The position numbers and the translations under genes are program-made. Shown here one piece after another: positions 18,712 to 28,013 of a DNA stretch of 47,860 nt. A model generated the notes under the pieces. The model did not search any database. It was not told the origin of the DNA and saw only the letters and a list, made by a program, of their open reading frames with translations. Every line of letters starts with the position of its first letter. Position 1 is the stretch's first letter. The DNA comes from Candidatus Parcubacteria bacterium (GTDB lineage Bacteria; Patescibacteriota; Patescibacteriia; Buchananbacterales; SURF-54): positions 1-47,860 of the forward strand of contig QZIX01000011.1 of the NCBI GenBank assembly GCA_003599635.1, in the 5' to 3' direction.

Positions 18712-19677
18712 TCGTTTTATTCTAAATAGAAATGCGACATAGAGTGATATAATTATAAAGTTCTAACTAAGTAATTATAATCAAAACTATGCCGCACTAT
18801 AATTCTATCACAAAGATTAAGATTTGTTGGAGTCTTTACCAAAACATGGTATCTCCAGAAGAAATACCTCAGCAGTTAGGAATTCATAGGGCGACAGTTT
18901 ACCGTTGGCTAAAAGGCATTAAATTGAAAGGAATTAATAAATTCATTCGGGATTACAAACAAGCCAAGAAAGGCAGACGGCAACCGAGAAAAACCCATCC
19001 GATAATTAAGGCTAGAATCTACCGAATTAGAAAAGAAAAACACGATTGTTGCGGTGAAAAGATTAAATATTTTCTTAAAACAGAATGCAGACAAATAGTT
19101 TCGGTTTCCACCATTTATCGGATTTTAAATGAAAAATACCAATTAAGCTCAAAGTGGAAGAAATATTGCAAGCGAGGACATCTCAAAAAAGGCGAAAAGC
19201 CGAGAGAATCTATTCAAACTGACACGGTAGACTTAGGAGAACTATTTGCTTTTAATGCTATTGATACTTTTACCAAGGAAGCTGCAGTCATCATCAAACC
19301 AGCATTAGACGCCGCTTTCGCCGGCAGGCAAGCACTCAAAGAACATTTAAGTTTTTTTGAAAGGGTTGATCATATCCAGAAAGACGGCGGTTCGGAATTC
19401 AAAGCGGAGTGGCAAGCTTATGCCAAAAAACACATTTCCAGTATCAGAACGGCGCGACCTTACAAGAAAAACGAACAGGCATTTATTGAAAGATTCAACG
19501 GCATCTTGCGAAAAGAGTGCCTGGGCTATCTGACCTACAAGAAAAAAGACTTAAAAACACTCCAAGAAAAAGTTAATCAATACCTTGATTATTATCATAA
19601 CCAAAGGCCCCATCTCTCGCTAGGGATGAAAACACCTAAGGAATTCGCTATGTCACATTTGACATGAAAGAGAACGA
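18712..19677 (+). mobile_element. Insertion sequence (DDE/rve; IS481/IS3-related), ends approximate
   Basis: Imperfect IRs with core AAATGCGACATAG (left) and CTATGTCACATTT (right) flanking the transposase; no clear target duplication. Confidence 0.7.
18789..19667 (+). CDS. Transposase (HTH plus integrase core DDE)
   Basis: LGIHRATVYRW; IQTDT, QKDGGSEF, QAFIERFNG, YHNQRPHLSLGMKTP. Confidence 0.92.
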   Translation: MPHYNSITKIKICWSLYQNMVSPEEIPQQLGIHRATVYRWLKGIKLKGINKFIRDYKQAKKGRRQPRKTHPIIKARIYRIRKEKHDCCGEKIKYFLKTECRQIVSVSTIYRILNEKYQLSSKWKKYCKRGHLKKGEKPRESIQTDTVDLGELFAFNAIDTFTKEAAVIIKPALDAAFAGRQALKEHLSFFERVDHIQKDGGSEFKAEWQAYAKKHISSIRTARPYKKNEQAFIERFNGILRKECLGYLTYKKKDLKTLQEKVNQYLDYYHNQRPHLSLGMKTPKEFAMSHLT

Positions 19678-19772
19678 TGGCTTGACAAAATTAAATATAC
19701 GTGCTATTAAATTATGTTGGCTCTTTTAAATAAGCAATCAACCATTTTGTTTTCCAAACAAGGAGAAGAAAA

Positions 19773-20018
19773 ATGAAAAAGCTTATCGTTGTTATCAGGC
19801 TCATTATTGGTGTAGTTTCCGGAGCCTTTACTTTGTTTTTCATTCTTTTCGGTGTGTATTGTTTTGTGGTCCCATTTTTTGTTAAGGGGTCAGAGGTGCT
19901 GGTTGTGGGCACATTTATATCACTTCTTTTTGCATATCCATCTGGCAAACTTGCACTTCAATGCCTAAGCAAAGAACAAGCGGAAGCTTTTAAAAGGTAT
20001 GACCCTCTTGACCAATAA
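19773..20018 (+). CDS. Small membrane protein
   Basis: SD AAGGAG; two hydrophobic helices; TTGACA-17-TATTAA promoter at 19682. Confidence 0.65.
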   Translation: MKKLIVVIRLIIGVVSGAFTLFFILFGVYCFVVPFFVKGSEVLVVGTFISLLFAYPSGKLALQCLSKEQAEAFKRYDPLDQ

Positions 20019-20115
20019 GATTGGGGTTGAGCGATGGTGTTAGGTTGGAAGAAGAAGCCGGGATAAAAAGCATTTTTGGTTTTAGTTTGGTCAATTCTAA
20101 TGTGGAGGCTAGAAA

Positions 20116-20478
20116 ATGAGTGAACGAATCAGCGCAGCCAGGAGAAGGGTATGGGAATTAGCACGTGCTATTCTAAACCCGGAAATAGGGGCAAATCGCC
20201 TGGTTGACATCACGGACATCGAATTGATAACGGCCGAATAGGGAAGATTCACAGACCAAGAGAGATTCTTAATCACAGTCTGCATCCCTGAAGTCAGGGA
20301 AAGTATCCGGGAAAAGAGGAATGATCTTTATTGGCGTTGTTATTAGGCTACCGCCAATAATCTTTTGGAACTTTTTTCTGATGCCAGGTATACGATCGAA
20401 GAGTTCAACAGGGCTTTAGACGAAGCTAAAGCAAGGGAAACAAAAAAAACAATGGTCGGGCTTGTTGAACTTCCTTAA
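20116..20478 (+). pseudogene. 121-codon ORF with two in-frame TAG stops
   Basis: SD GGAGG; frame preserved to TAA; TAG at 20239 and 20344; C-terminus ETKKTMVGLVELP identical to the ORF ending at 22367. Confidence 0.65.
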
Positions 20479-20493
20479 ACAAGGAGAAAGAAA

Positions 20494-21465
20494 ATGAAAA
20501 AGGGAAAAGGTCCAGTCGTCGTAGCGGCAATTGCTGCCTTTGCCTTAGTTTTATCCTGTTTTATTTTTTCGGGTTCAGAAGATGCAAACAAAGCGTCAAA
20601 AACCGCACATAACGATTATGAAAAAGCCACGGAAATCTGGCTTGGCACCGGAGCAAAAATTGATGAACATAACGATTGGGGCAAAACGCCGCTGATAGAG
20701 GCTGTTGAAGGCGGAAATGCGCAATTTGTTTCGGCGCTGCTTGACGCCGGAGCGAAAATTGACAAACAAGGTTATTCTGGCGACACCGCTCTAATAACTG
20801 CTGTAAGGCAAGGAAACGAAGAACTTGTTTCGGTCAATATAAGGCCTAGGGACAATACGGCGCTAATAACTGCAGTATGGGAAGAAAATACGGGGATTGT
20901 TTCTTTACTGATCAATGCCAATGCTGATGTCAATATGAAAAACTTCTCAAGTGAAACGGCTCTAAGTATAGCAGCCAAGCGGGAAAATTTACCAATAATG
21001 AAATTATTGATTGATGCCGGTGCAAAAGCTGATTTTCTAGCTGATACAATATTTTCAGAGCGCCAGGAGGAGAAGCTTGTCGCGACCTTAGTCAGTGCCG
21101 GCGCGTATGTTGATCGCCTTCTTTATGAAAATGCGGATTATGAAACCCAAAAAGCTATCCTTCAAGACTGCCTGGTAAATGCAATTTTGGATGGCAAAAC
21201 CGATGATGTTCGTTATTTACTAAATAATGGAGGAGATCCAGTAATTCCAGGCTCTTCAGGAAAAATCCCCTTGAAATTGGCACTGCAACATCGGAAAAAA
21301 AATATCAGGGATATTATTATCCAAGACTGTTTTTTTTCAGCACTGCGGACAGGGAAAATTGAAGCCGTTCAAATCTTGATGGATCATGGTGTAAATCCGA
21401 AAGACTCGGGCTTATCCGACCAGGAAATATGCGGGATAATGGCCAGACTTGAATTAAAGTACTGA
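20494..21465 (+). CDS. Ankyrin repeat protein with N-terminal signal/TM
   Basis: GKTPLIEA, GDTALITA, ETALSIAA, LLDAGA repeats. Confidence 0.92.
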   Translation: MKKGKGPVVVAAIAAFALVLSCFIFSGSEDANKASKTAHNDYEKATEIWLGTGAKIDEHNDWGKTPLIEAVEGGNAQFVSALLDAGAKIDKQGYSGDTALITAVRQGNEELVSVNIRPRDNTALITAVWEENTGIVSLLINANADVNMKNFSSETALSIAAKRENLPIMKLLIDAGAKADFLADTIFSERQEEKLVATLVSAGAYVDRLLYENADYETQKAILQDCLVNAILDGKTDDVRYLLNNGGDPVIPGSSGKIPLKLALQHRKKNIRDIIIQDCFFSALRTGKIEAVQILMDHGVNPKDSGLSDQEICGIMARLELKY

Positions 21466-21684
21466 AAGTTAAAAGGGCTTATTCTTTATAGATAGGCCCT
21501 TATTTTTTCCTTAAAAAACGGATGAAACTTCTATTTCCATAAACAAAAAAATTTAGATTCAAAAATAAGCCAAAAGCCCACAATAAGGTTTGATGGTCCG
21601 AATTATTTAGCTAAATATTTAAATTTTAAAGGAGCTGCATGCGACATTCGCGAATGTCACCTTCTATATTTATTAAAAAAGGCC

Positions 21685-21803
21685 TCACCAGAAAAAACTG
21701 ATGCGGCATTTAAGAAAAGTATTCTTCCTTTCGGAATCGGTATCGCCGGCTTCTTTGAATTTTTCAACTAGTTTGAAAAATTCAGACATCATAATATTTA
21801 ATG
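21685..21803 (-). pseudogene. C-terminal remnant of an XRE-like regulator
   Basis: LNIMMSEFFKLVEK aligns with YDLTASRFF*IVEQ of the XRE pseudogene at 23779-24035; same position relative to the ankyrin gene. Confidence 0.4.
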
Positions 21804-21940
21804 TCATAACCATGTAATGTCTTTATTCAGAATGCGTTTTATCCATCGGTATTTTTCTTCTTTATTTGATTTAGGCATAATTTTTGACATATGCCCTCAG
21901 AATATCCTAAAAGTGCAAAATGTGTGTGCACATTACCACA
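21804..21940 (-). mobile_element. Truncated IS481-like remnant
   Basis: Begins TGTGGTAATGTGCACACA on the minus strand; MPKSNKEEKYRWIKRILNKDIT resembles IS481-type transposase N-termini as recalled. Confidence 0.45.
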
Positions 21941-22032
21941 GCCTATTGACAAACTATTATGGATTCGGTAATATTTATTGTTGCTCAAAGAGGGTATTTT
22001 GCAAGGGGATCTTTTTTACAAGGAGGATACGA

Positions 22033-22367
22033 ATGTTAAAAAACGAACCGGTATCCGGGCAGAATCAGATTTCACTGATCCATCTTCGGCAGGACTCCCT
22101 AACGAAGAACCAAACGTTCCAGAACTTGTTGTAGGCGAATTTTATCGTTACGAACAGCTGCCGGAAGGATCAGTCTTCGCACTGCCGGGGGAATCAGGAT
22201 TCTATTTCAAACTTAACGACGATTTCTTCGTCCAGACAGAACTCAAGACAGAACTGGACTACATGGAACCGGTCCCAGAAAAAAAAATATGGAAAGGCGT
22301 GGGAGTTGCACAAAAAGTGAACGAAGAAACAAAAAAAACAATGGTCGGGCTTGTTGAACTTCCTTAA
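22033..22367 (+). pseudogene. Hypothetical gene needing a -1 shift after codon 3
   Basis: SD AGGAGG then ATG TTA AAA AAC; the long ORF is in the -1 frame; track start TTG 21978 has no SD. Confidence 0.5.
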
Positions 22368-22382
22368 ACAAGGAGAAAAAAA

Positions 22383-23648
22383 ATGAAAAAGGGAAACGGT
22401 TACAAGGCAGTAGTCGCGGTCGCTGTTGTCGGAATAATTATAGCAGCAGCGATTCTTATTCCGGGTGTAACATGGTTAAAAAGGTCGGCAACATCAGGAT
22501 ATGCGAAAAATATCGACGCCTGGATTGAAAAAGGTGTCCGACTCGACGCTGAGGATAACTTCGGCAAAACTGCGCTCATGATGGCCGTAGAGGCGGAAAA
22601 TACCGAGCTTGTTCTTGTCCTCCTTAAGGCCGACGCAGACATTAACCATATAAACAGGTATGGAAATACTGCGTTAAGAACCGCTGTAATGCAGGGAAAC
22701 GTAAAACTTGTCTATCAGCTAATCAAGGCAAGCGCCAAGGTCAATAACGGCAGATCAGCTCTTCTAACCGCCGTTTCTTCAGAAGATTTGCCAATCATTG
22801 ATTTATTGATCGACAATAACGCCAACCTTGATGTTATTGAAGGAAATGATACACTGCTTTCGGCGGCTGTAAAAACAGGCAACGAAGAAGTAGTTTCCAG
22901 GCTGCTCAATGCCGGAGCCCGTATTGATATGACAGATCCTTACGGACAAACAGCGCTTCATGTCGCCTCCGAATTCGGTCATTTGCCAATCGTTAATTTA
23001 TTGATTGAAAATGACGCGAATCTTGACGCAACGGACAGCAATGGCATCACGCCGCTGATGGCAGCTGTCAGTAGAAAAAACACAGCAATTGCTTCCGCGC
23101 TTATCAAAGCCGGTGCGGATATCAGCCCAAGGTCTCCAGGAGGAACTGCCTTATTAATCGCGGCTCAATTAGAACATCTGCCGACGGTTAAACTATTGGT
23201 TGAAGCCGGGTCGGAGTTAGATATTAAAAATGATGAAGTAACGTCTGTTCTGATATGGGCTGTAAAAAAAGGACATACAAAACTTCTTACTACCTTGCTT
23301 TATGCCGGCGCAAACACCAATCGATATCTTTACCAAATGGCTGACTGCCGGGTAAAAAAGGTAATGATACAGGATTGCCTGACAAGTTCAATAATCAAAG
23401 GCAATACTGAAAATATCAAGTTCTTTTTGAATGAAGGAGCTGATGTTACGGTTCGTGACACTTTCGGAAGAATACCCCTGAAATTGGCACTCGAGCAAGG
23501 CAAGGGAGAGGTAAGACACATTGTAGTTCAAAGCTACTTCTTTGAAGAATTAAAGCACGGAAAAGTTGCAAATAAAGAGTGGCTGGATTGGGACGGCGAC
23601 GCAAGAGAATTCGGTTTTCCGGAAAACATAACCGCCATGAAACATTAA
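22383..23648 (+). CDS. Ankyrin repeat protein with N-terminal TM
   Basis: Many repeats: GKTALMMA, GNTALRTA, GQTALHVA, GITPLMAA. Confidence 0.93.
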   Translation: MKKGNGYKAVVAVAVVGIIIAAAILIPGVTWLKRSATSGYAKNIDAWIEKGVRLDAEDNFGKTALMMAVEAENTELVLVLLKADADINHINRYGNTALRTAVMQGNVKLVYQLIKASAKVNNGRSALLTAVSSEDLPIIDLLIDNNANLDVIEGNDTLLSAAVKTGNEEVVSRLLNAGARIDMTDPYGQTALHVASEFGHLPIVNLLIENDANLDATDSNGITPLMAAVSRKNTAIASALIKAGADISPRSPGGTALLIAAQLEHLPTVKLLVEAGSELDIKNDEVTSVLIWAVKKGHTKLLTTLLYAGANTNRYLYQMADCRVKKVMIQDCLTSSIIKGNTENIKFFLNEGADVTVRDTFGRIPLKLALEQGKGEVRHIVVQSYFFEELKHGKVANKEWLDWDGDAREFGFPENITAMKH

Positions 23649-23778
23649 AATCCTTACAGGCCTATCTAAAAAATAGGCCTGTTATTTTATTTTTACAATT
23701 TACTATTATATATTAATACACTTCAATTATACTGAAATTAAAAAAACCGCACTAAAAATTTTGATGCGGCAAATTTTT

Positions 23779-24035
23779 TTAAGAAACGTCAAGATTATCT
23801 TCAAAATCCTGCGGCTGTTCAACTATCTAAAAAAAACGAGATGCTGTTAAATCATAAATTGATACCAGAACAATTAAATTTTTACGCTGGTATTGACCGC
23901 GCCGTTTTCTATTCTTAAAATCAGCGCCCGGGAAAGGCGGGACTCTTTTGCCGTATTTTACAAGGTCAGTCCCATGCTATTTCTTATTTTTTTCAAAGTT
24001 CTGCCGATACTATAAAGGGTTATGCCTTCGGTCAT
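23779..24035 (-). pseudogene. XRE-family HTH regulator pseudogene (not in ORF track)
   Basis: SD AAGGAG; IGRTLKKIRNSMGLTL*NTAKESRLSRALILRIENGAVNTSV; TAA, a frameshift and a TAG. Confidence 0.8.
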
Positions 24036-24148
24036 TTGTTTTCTCCTTTGTTATACCATTAAATTAGTTGACGAATGTTTCAAGCCCAAATACATTTACA
24101 AAAAAGACAAATTATAATAAGATAAATCAATAACCATTAACAATTTTT

Positions 24149-25444
24149 ATGAAAATACTGCCAAAACAAGACCCCAAAGCTTATGAAGCCGTAAAGCTCG
24201 AATTAAAAAGGATAAGGGAGGGAATTGAACTTATTCCGTCTGAAAATTTTGTGTCAGTGGCCGTATTGGAAGCCATGGGAACGGTTTTCACCAATAAATA
24301 TTCCGAGGGGTACCCGCAGAAAAGATACTACGGGGGAAACCAAGTAGTTGATATTGTCGAACAAATGGCAATTGACCGGGCCAAAGAATTGTTTGGCGCC
24401 GAGCATGTCAATGTCCAGCCTTATTCCGGGTCGCCTGCCAATATGGCGGTATTTTTTGCGTTATTAAATCCAGGCGACAAATATATGGGTCTTGATTTGT
24501 CTGCCGGCGGCCATCTGACCCACGGCTCGCCTGTAAATTTTTCAGGAAGATTATTCAACTGCGTTCCTTATAATGTAGAGAAAGAAACTCAGCTTTTAGA
24601 TATGGACAAAGTAAGGGAACTGGCTTTAAAAGAAAAGCCGAAAATGATTTTGTCTGGTTTGACTGCTTATCCACGGAAATTGGATTTTGAAGCTTTTCAA
24701 AAAATTGCCGATGAAGTCGGCGCTTACCATTTTTCCGATATTTCCCATATCGCCGGCTTATGCGCCGCAGGCATTCATCAAAATCCTGTACCCTATTGCG
24801 ATGTCGTTACAACAACTACTCATAAAACCCTGCGCGGCCCCCGGGGCGCCATGATAATGTCTAAAATCAAAGACAAATACCATGACAAATATCATCAAGG
24901 CAGCAAAAAGAATCTTGCGGAACTGATAGATTTCAACGTTTTTCCCGGTATTCAAGGCGGGCCTCATGACCACATAAATTTGGCCAAAGCCGTGGCTTTC
25001 GGCGAAGCCCTAAAACCGGAGTTTAAAAACTATGCCGAACAAATTGTAAAAAATGCCAAAGCTCTTTCATTGGAACTGATTGAACAGGGCATAAATTTGG
25101 TTTCGGGGGGGACTGACAATCATTTAATGGTAATTGATTTGTCAAAAATAAATCTAACCGGCAAAGGCAAGGAAATTCAGCACGCGCTGGAACTGGCCGA
25201 AATTTACGTCAATAAAAATACGATTCCCTATGAACCGGCAACGCCATTTAATCCCAGCGGCATCCGGCTTGGGACTCCTGCGATAACAAGCCGTGGTATG
25301 AAAGAGGAAGATATGAAGATAATCGCCAGAGGCATTGCCAAAGTCATAAAAGATTACGAAAATGAAACGACAATAGAAAACGTTAAAAAATCAATGAGGG
25401 AATTAACAGACAAATATCCGTTATATCCGGATTTGGAAATCTGA
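24149..25444 (+). CDS. glyA: Serine hydroxymethyltransferase
   Basis: ELIPSENF, KYSEGYP, GGHLTHG, TTTTHKTLRGPRG, SGIRLGTPA. Confidence 0.98.
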   Translation: MKILPKQDPKAYEAVKLELKRIREGIELIPSENFVSVAVLEAMGTVFTNKYSEGYPQKRYYGGNQVVDIVEQMAIDRAKELFGAEHVNVQPYSGSPANMAVFFALLNPGDKYMGLDLSAGGHLTHGSPVNFSGRLFNCVPYNVEKETQLLDMDKVRELALKEKPKMILSGLTAYPRKLDFEAFQKIADEVGAYHFSDISHIAGLCAAGIHQNPVPYCDVVTTTTHKTLRGPRGAMIMSKIKDKYHDKYHQGSKKNLAELIDFNVFPGIQGGPHDHINLAKAVAFGEALKPEFKNYAEQIVKNAKALSLELIEQGINLVSGGTDNHLMVIDLSKINLTGKGKEIQHALELAEIYVNKNTIPYEPATPFNPSGIRLGTPAITSRGMKEEDMKIIARGIAKVIKDYENETTIENVKKSMRELTDKYPLYPDLEI

Positions 25445-25517
25445 CAAGGATAAATAGAAGGCGAATTTAAGCCACATTTTACAATTTTAATTTGCGTCAA
25501 TTCGTATTTTAATTCGT

Positions 25518-26363
25518 ATGGCTAGTAATTCTAAAACTATCATCTTTGACGGCAAGACCGCGGCACAGGAGATTCTTTTTGATTTAAAAAAGAAAATCAT
25601 GACGATGGCGAAAAAGCCCGGCATAGCTGTAATTTTGGTTGGCGACGACAGACCATCACATATTTATGTGAAAAACAAGGAAAAAGCCAGCCATTTTTGC
25701 GGCATCCGCTTCCATAAATATTTAATGGATGAAAATATTTCTGAAACAGAGCTTTTAAAATGCCTGAATTTTTTAAACGAAGACCCTGATGTCAATGCCA
25801 TTGTGGTTCAGCTGCCTTTGCCGAAAAAATTTAATGCCGACAAAATCATTGCCGCCATAAATCCTGCCAAGGATGCCGACGGTTTTCACCCGGAAACGCT
25901 AAAAAAAATTAAAGAAGGAAAATCAAAAATTAAATCCGCTTTGATCGAAGCCGTCGAAAAAATTTTATGCCACTGGGGGCAAAAATTACCCGGTAAAAAA
26001 GCAATTTTGGTTTCCAATTGCAACCTATTCGGCGCCGCTTTTAAAGATGAGCTGCAGCGCTTAAATATCGAAACGGAAATAGTTAAAACCGCTGACAAAA
26101 AACTGGCGGAAAAAACAAAAAAAGCCGACATTTTATTTGCTGCCGTCGGCAAGGCGAACTTTATCAAAGAAGAAATGGTAAAAGAAGGCGCAGTTGTTAT
26201 TGATATAGGCACCAGCTGGATTGACAAAAAATTCATCGGCGACGTTGATTTTGAAAGTGTCAAAAAGAAAGCTTCATTTATAGCTCCGGTTCCGGGCGGC
26301 GTCGGGCCGATGACCGTGGCCATGCTTTTAAATAATGTCTATAAATTATCTGTAAAAAAATAA
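25518..26363 (+). CDS. folD: Methylene-THF dehydrogenase/cyclohydrolase
   Basis: YVKNKEK, VQLPLP, KDADGFHP, APVPGGVGPMTVAML. Confidence 0.95.
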   Translation: MASNSKTIIFDGKTAAQEILFDLKKKIMTMAKKPGIAVILVGDDRPSHIYVKNKEKASHFCGIRFHKYLMDENISETELLKCLNFLNEDPDVNAIVVQLPLPKKFNADKIIAAINPAKDADGFHPETLKKIKEGKSKIKSALIEAVEKILCHWGQKLPGKKAILVSNCNLFGAAFKDELQRLNIETEIVKTADKKLAEKTKKADILFAAVGKANFIKEEMVKEGAVVIDIGTSWIDKKFIGDVDFESVKKKASFIAPVPGGVGPMTVAMLLNNVYKLSVKK

Positions 26364-26392
26364 AAACCGGCTTTAAACAAAGCCCGGTTTTT
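26362..26392. terminator. Bidirectional terminator
   Basis: AAAAACCGG...CCGGTTTTT between convergent genes. Confidence 0.7.
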
Positions 26393-26400
26393 CTTTAAAA

Positions 26401-26799
26401 TTATTTCAGCTGTTTCTGAGCTGATTTTTTTTGTTGTAAATAGCCAGCCAGACCGGCCGATAATAAAGAAATCAAAACGCCAACCCAGATATGCCACGAT
26501 TTAAAATACCCGGCGTAATTATCTTCAAAAAACCAGGGCGCTGTTATGCCAAGATCCAAAATTATGGAAACGCCAAGCATTATTGCGCCGTAAGTAAACG
26601 CTTCTTTGACCGCTCCGCCGTACTTTTTAAGCAAAAATTTTACTACATAAAAACCTAAAGCCGCGGCCAGGAGCCAGTCTAAAATGTACACCGCCCATCT
26701 GAATTCTTTTAGAAAAAACATTGCCAGGCCGATAACCACAAAAAAGACCGCCCAGACCGCCGCTCCCAAAAGAACCAAAATTTTCCATTTTTCTATCAT
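26401..26799 (-). CDS. Four-TM membrane protein
   Basis: Hydrophobic helices throughout. Confidence 0.75.
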   Translation of the reverse strand: MIEKWKILVLLGAAVWAVFFVVIGLAMFFLKEFRWAVYILDWLLAAALGFYVVKFLLKKYGGAVKEAFTYGAIMLGVSIILDLGITAPWFFEDNYAGYFKSWHIWVGVLISLLSAGLAGYLQQKKSAQKQLK

Positions 26800-26879
26800 A
26801 TAATATTTTATTATTTAATTTTACTCCTCTCAATTTGAATTTAAAAGATCCTTTGGCTCGGCTCAGAAAGACACTTCGT

Positions 26880-27191
26880 TCAATTATTTAATTCGTTATT
26901 TAGCCACTTCATTACATCTTTGCTGACTTCGATTTTTCTGACGGCGTACGACGGCAGTTCATAACTGTGCCATTTTTTAATAATCCTTTCTGCTGTCTTT
27001 ACTTTATTTCTGGTAGTTTTAAAAATAACAGCCGCTTCGGATCCGGTTTCCATTTTGCCTTTCCACCAGTATAAAGAACTTACCGGAAAAATATTGGCGC
27101 AGACGACAAGTTTGTCTTTTAACAGCTCCGTTGATATTTTTTTCGCTTCCTTCAAATCTTTACAGGTTAAATATATTGATACAGCTTCCAT
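26880..27191 (-). CDS. cutA: Divalent-cation tolerance protein CutA
   Basis: LVVCANI, SLYWWKGK, HSYELP. Confidence 0.92.
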   Translation of the reverse strand: MEAVSIYLTCKDLKEAKKISTELLKDKLVVCANIFPVSSLYWWKGKMETGSEAAVIFKTTRNKVKTAERIIKKWHSYELPSYAVRKIEVSKDVMKWLNNELNN

Positions 27192-27239
27192 GGTTATGAT
27201 ACGTCTTAATGGTTATTTCAAGCCAGGATATTAACTTAA

Positions 27240-27614
27240 TTAAAACGCCTTTATAAATTGACAATCAGGTGTTACCTCAATAAAATGATGGGCTTTGCCC
27301 TGCCTGAATTCAGCGCACTGATTTTGCTGTTCATCGTCATTATTTTGCCTTGGATTATGGGCGACATCACACACCCAATCGTTTACAATACTTCCCGAAA
27401 GGCAAGGCCCTTTAGAAAACTCTTCTTCTGAAATTTCCTGCTTTTTGCTTTGGCACAGTTGTATGCAATTGGCTTTGGCGATAGTTTCCACGCTTGAGGA
27501 TTTAATAGCTATTAAATTTTGCACCCCGTCACTTCCGCTTTTCCCCCTAACCCAAAAAATATATGATCCTAAACCAAGAATCGCCAGAACCATTAATATT
27601 GATAAAAGTCTCAT
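27240..27614 (-). CDS. Cys-rich exported hypothetical protein
   Basis: N-terminal TM; CIQLC, GPCLS, WVCDVAHNPR, NQC, HFIEVTPDC. Confidence 0.75.
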   Translation of the reverse strand: MRLLSILMVLAILGLGSYIFWVRGKSGSDGVQNLIAIKSSSVETIAKANCIQLCQSKKQEISEEEFSKGPCLSGSIVNDWVCDVAHNPRQNNDDEQQNQCAEFRQGKAHHFIEVTPDCQFIKAF

Positions 27615-27626
27615 AAAGATTCTGTT

Positions 27627-28010
27627 TTAATGCCAAAGTCTTTCACCGGCCGGTTTTTCCTTATCTTCTTCCGCCCGGAAAATTTTTTTGATTTTTAAAT
27701 TAACATGCGCATGATCGATCCAAAAATCATAATGGTCTTCAACCCATTTGACCATACTTTCATTTATAGGTCCCCAGCCGCTGCGCTTTTGCCAGACAAC
27801 ACTTTGCCCTTCTTCCTGTCTCGGCTCATCCCATTCCAAATAAATCATAAAAGGGGCATATTCTTTGGCCAGTGGTTTTAAAGCATCGGTCGCCAGCAAT
27901 TGTTCAAAAGGCCTAACCATTGATTCGATCAGCTTTTCACGAATTTGTCTTTTTTCTTCCTCTGCCGATTCGGAGGGATTTTTTTCAAAATCCGTTTCGC
28001 TGTTCTGCAT
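27627..28010 (-). CDS. Hypothetical protein
   Basis: 127-aa ORF tightly packed in the operon. Confidence 0.65.
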   Translation of the reverse strand: MQNSETDFEKNPSESAEEEKRQIREKLIESMVRPFEQLLATDALKPLAKEYAPFMIYLEWDEPRQEEGQSVVWQKRSGWGPINESMVKWVEDHYDFWIDHAHVNLKIKKIFRAEEDKEKPAGERLWH

Positions 28011-28013
28011 AAG

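Noticed and set aside
21817-22134. 105-aa ORF in the track
   Set aside because: Runs antisense over the IS remnant and promoter; only the part from ATG 22033 has an SD
18700-24100. Prophage or DGR
   Set aside because: No phage structural genes, tyrosine/serine integrase or reverse transcriptase; the 75-bp repeat has only two differences and is not a C-terminal variable region
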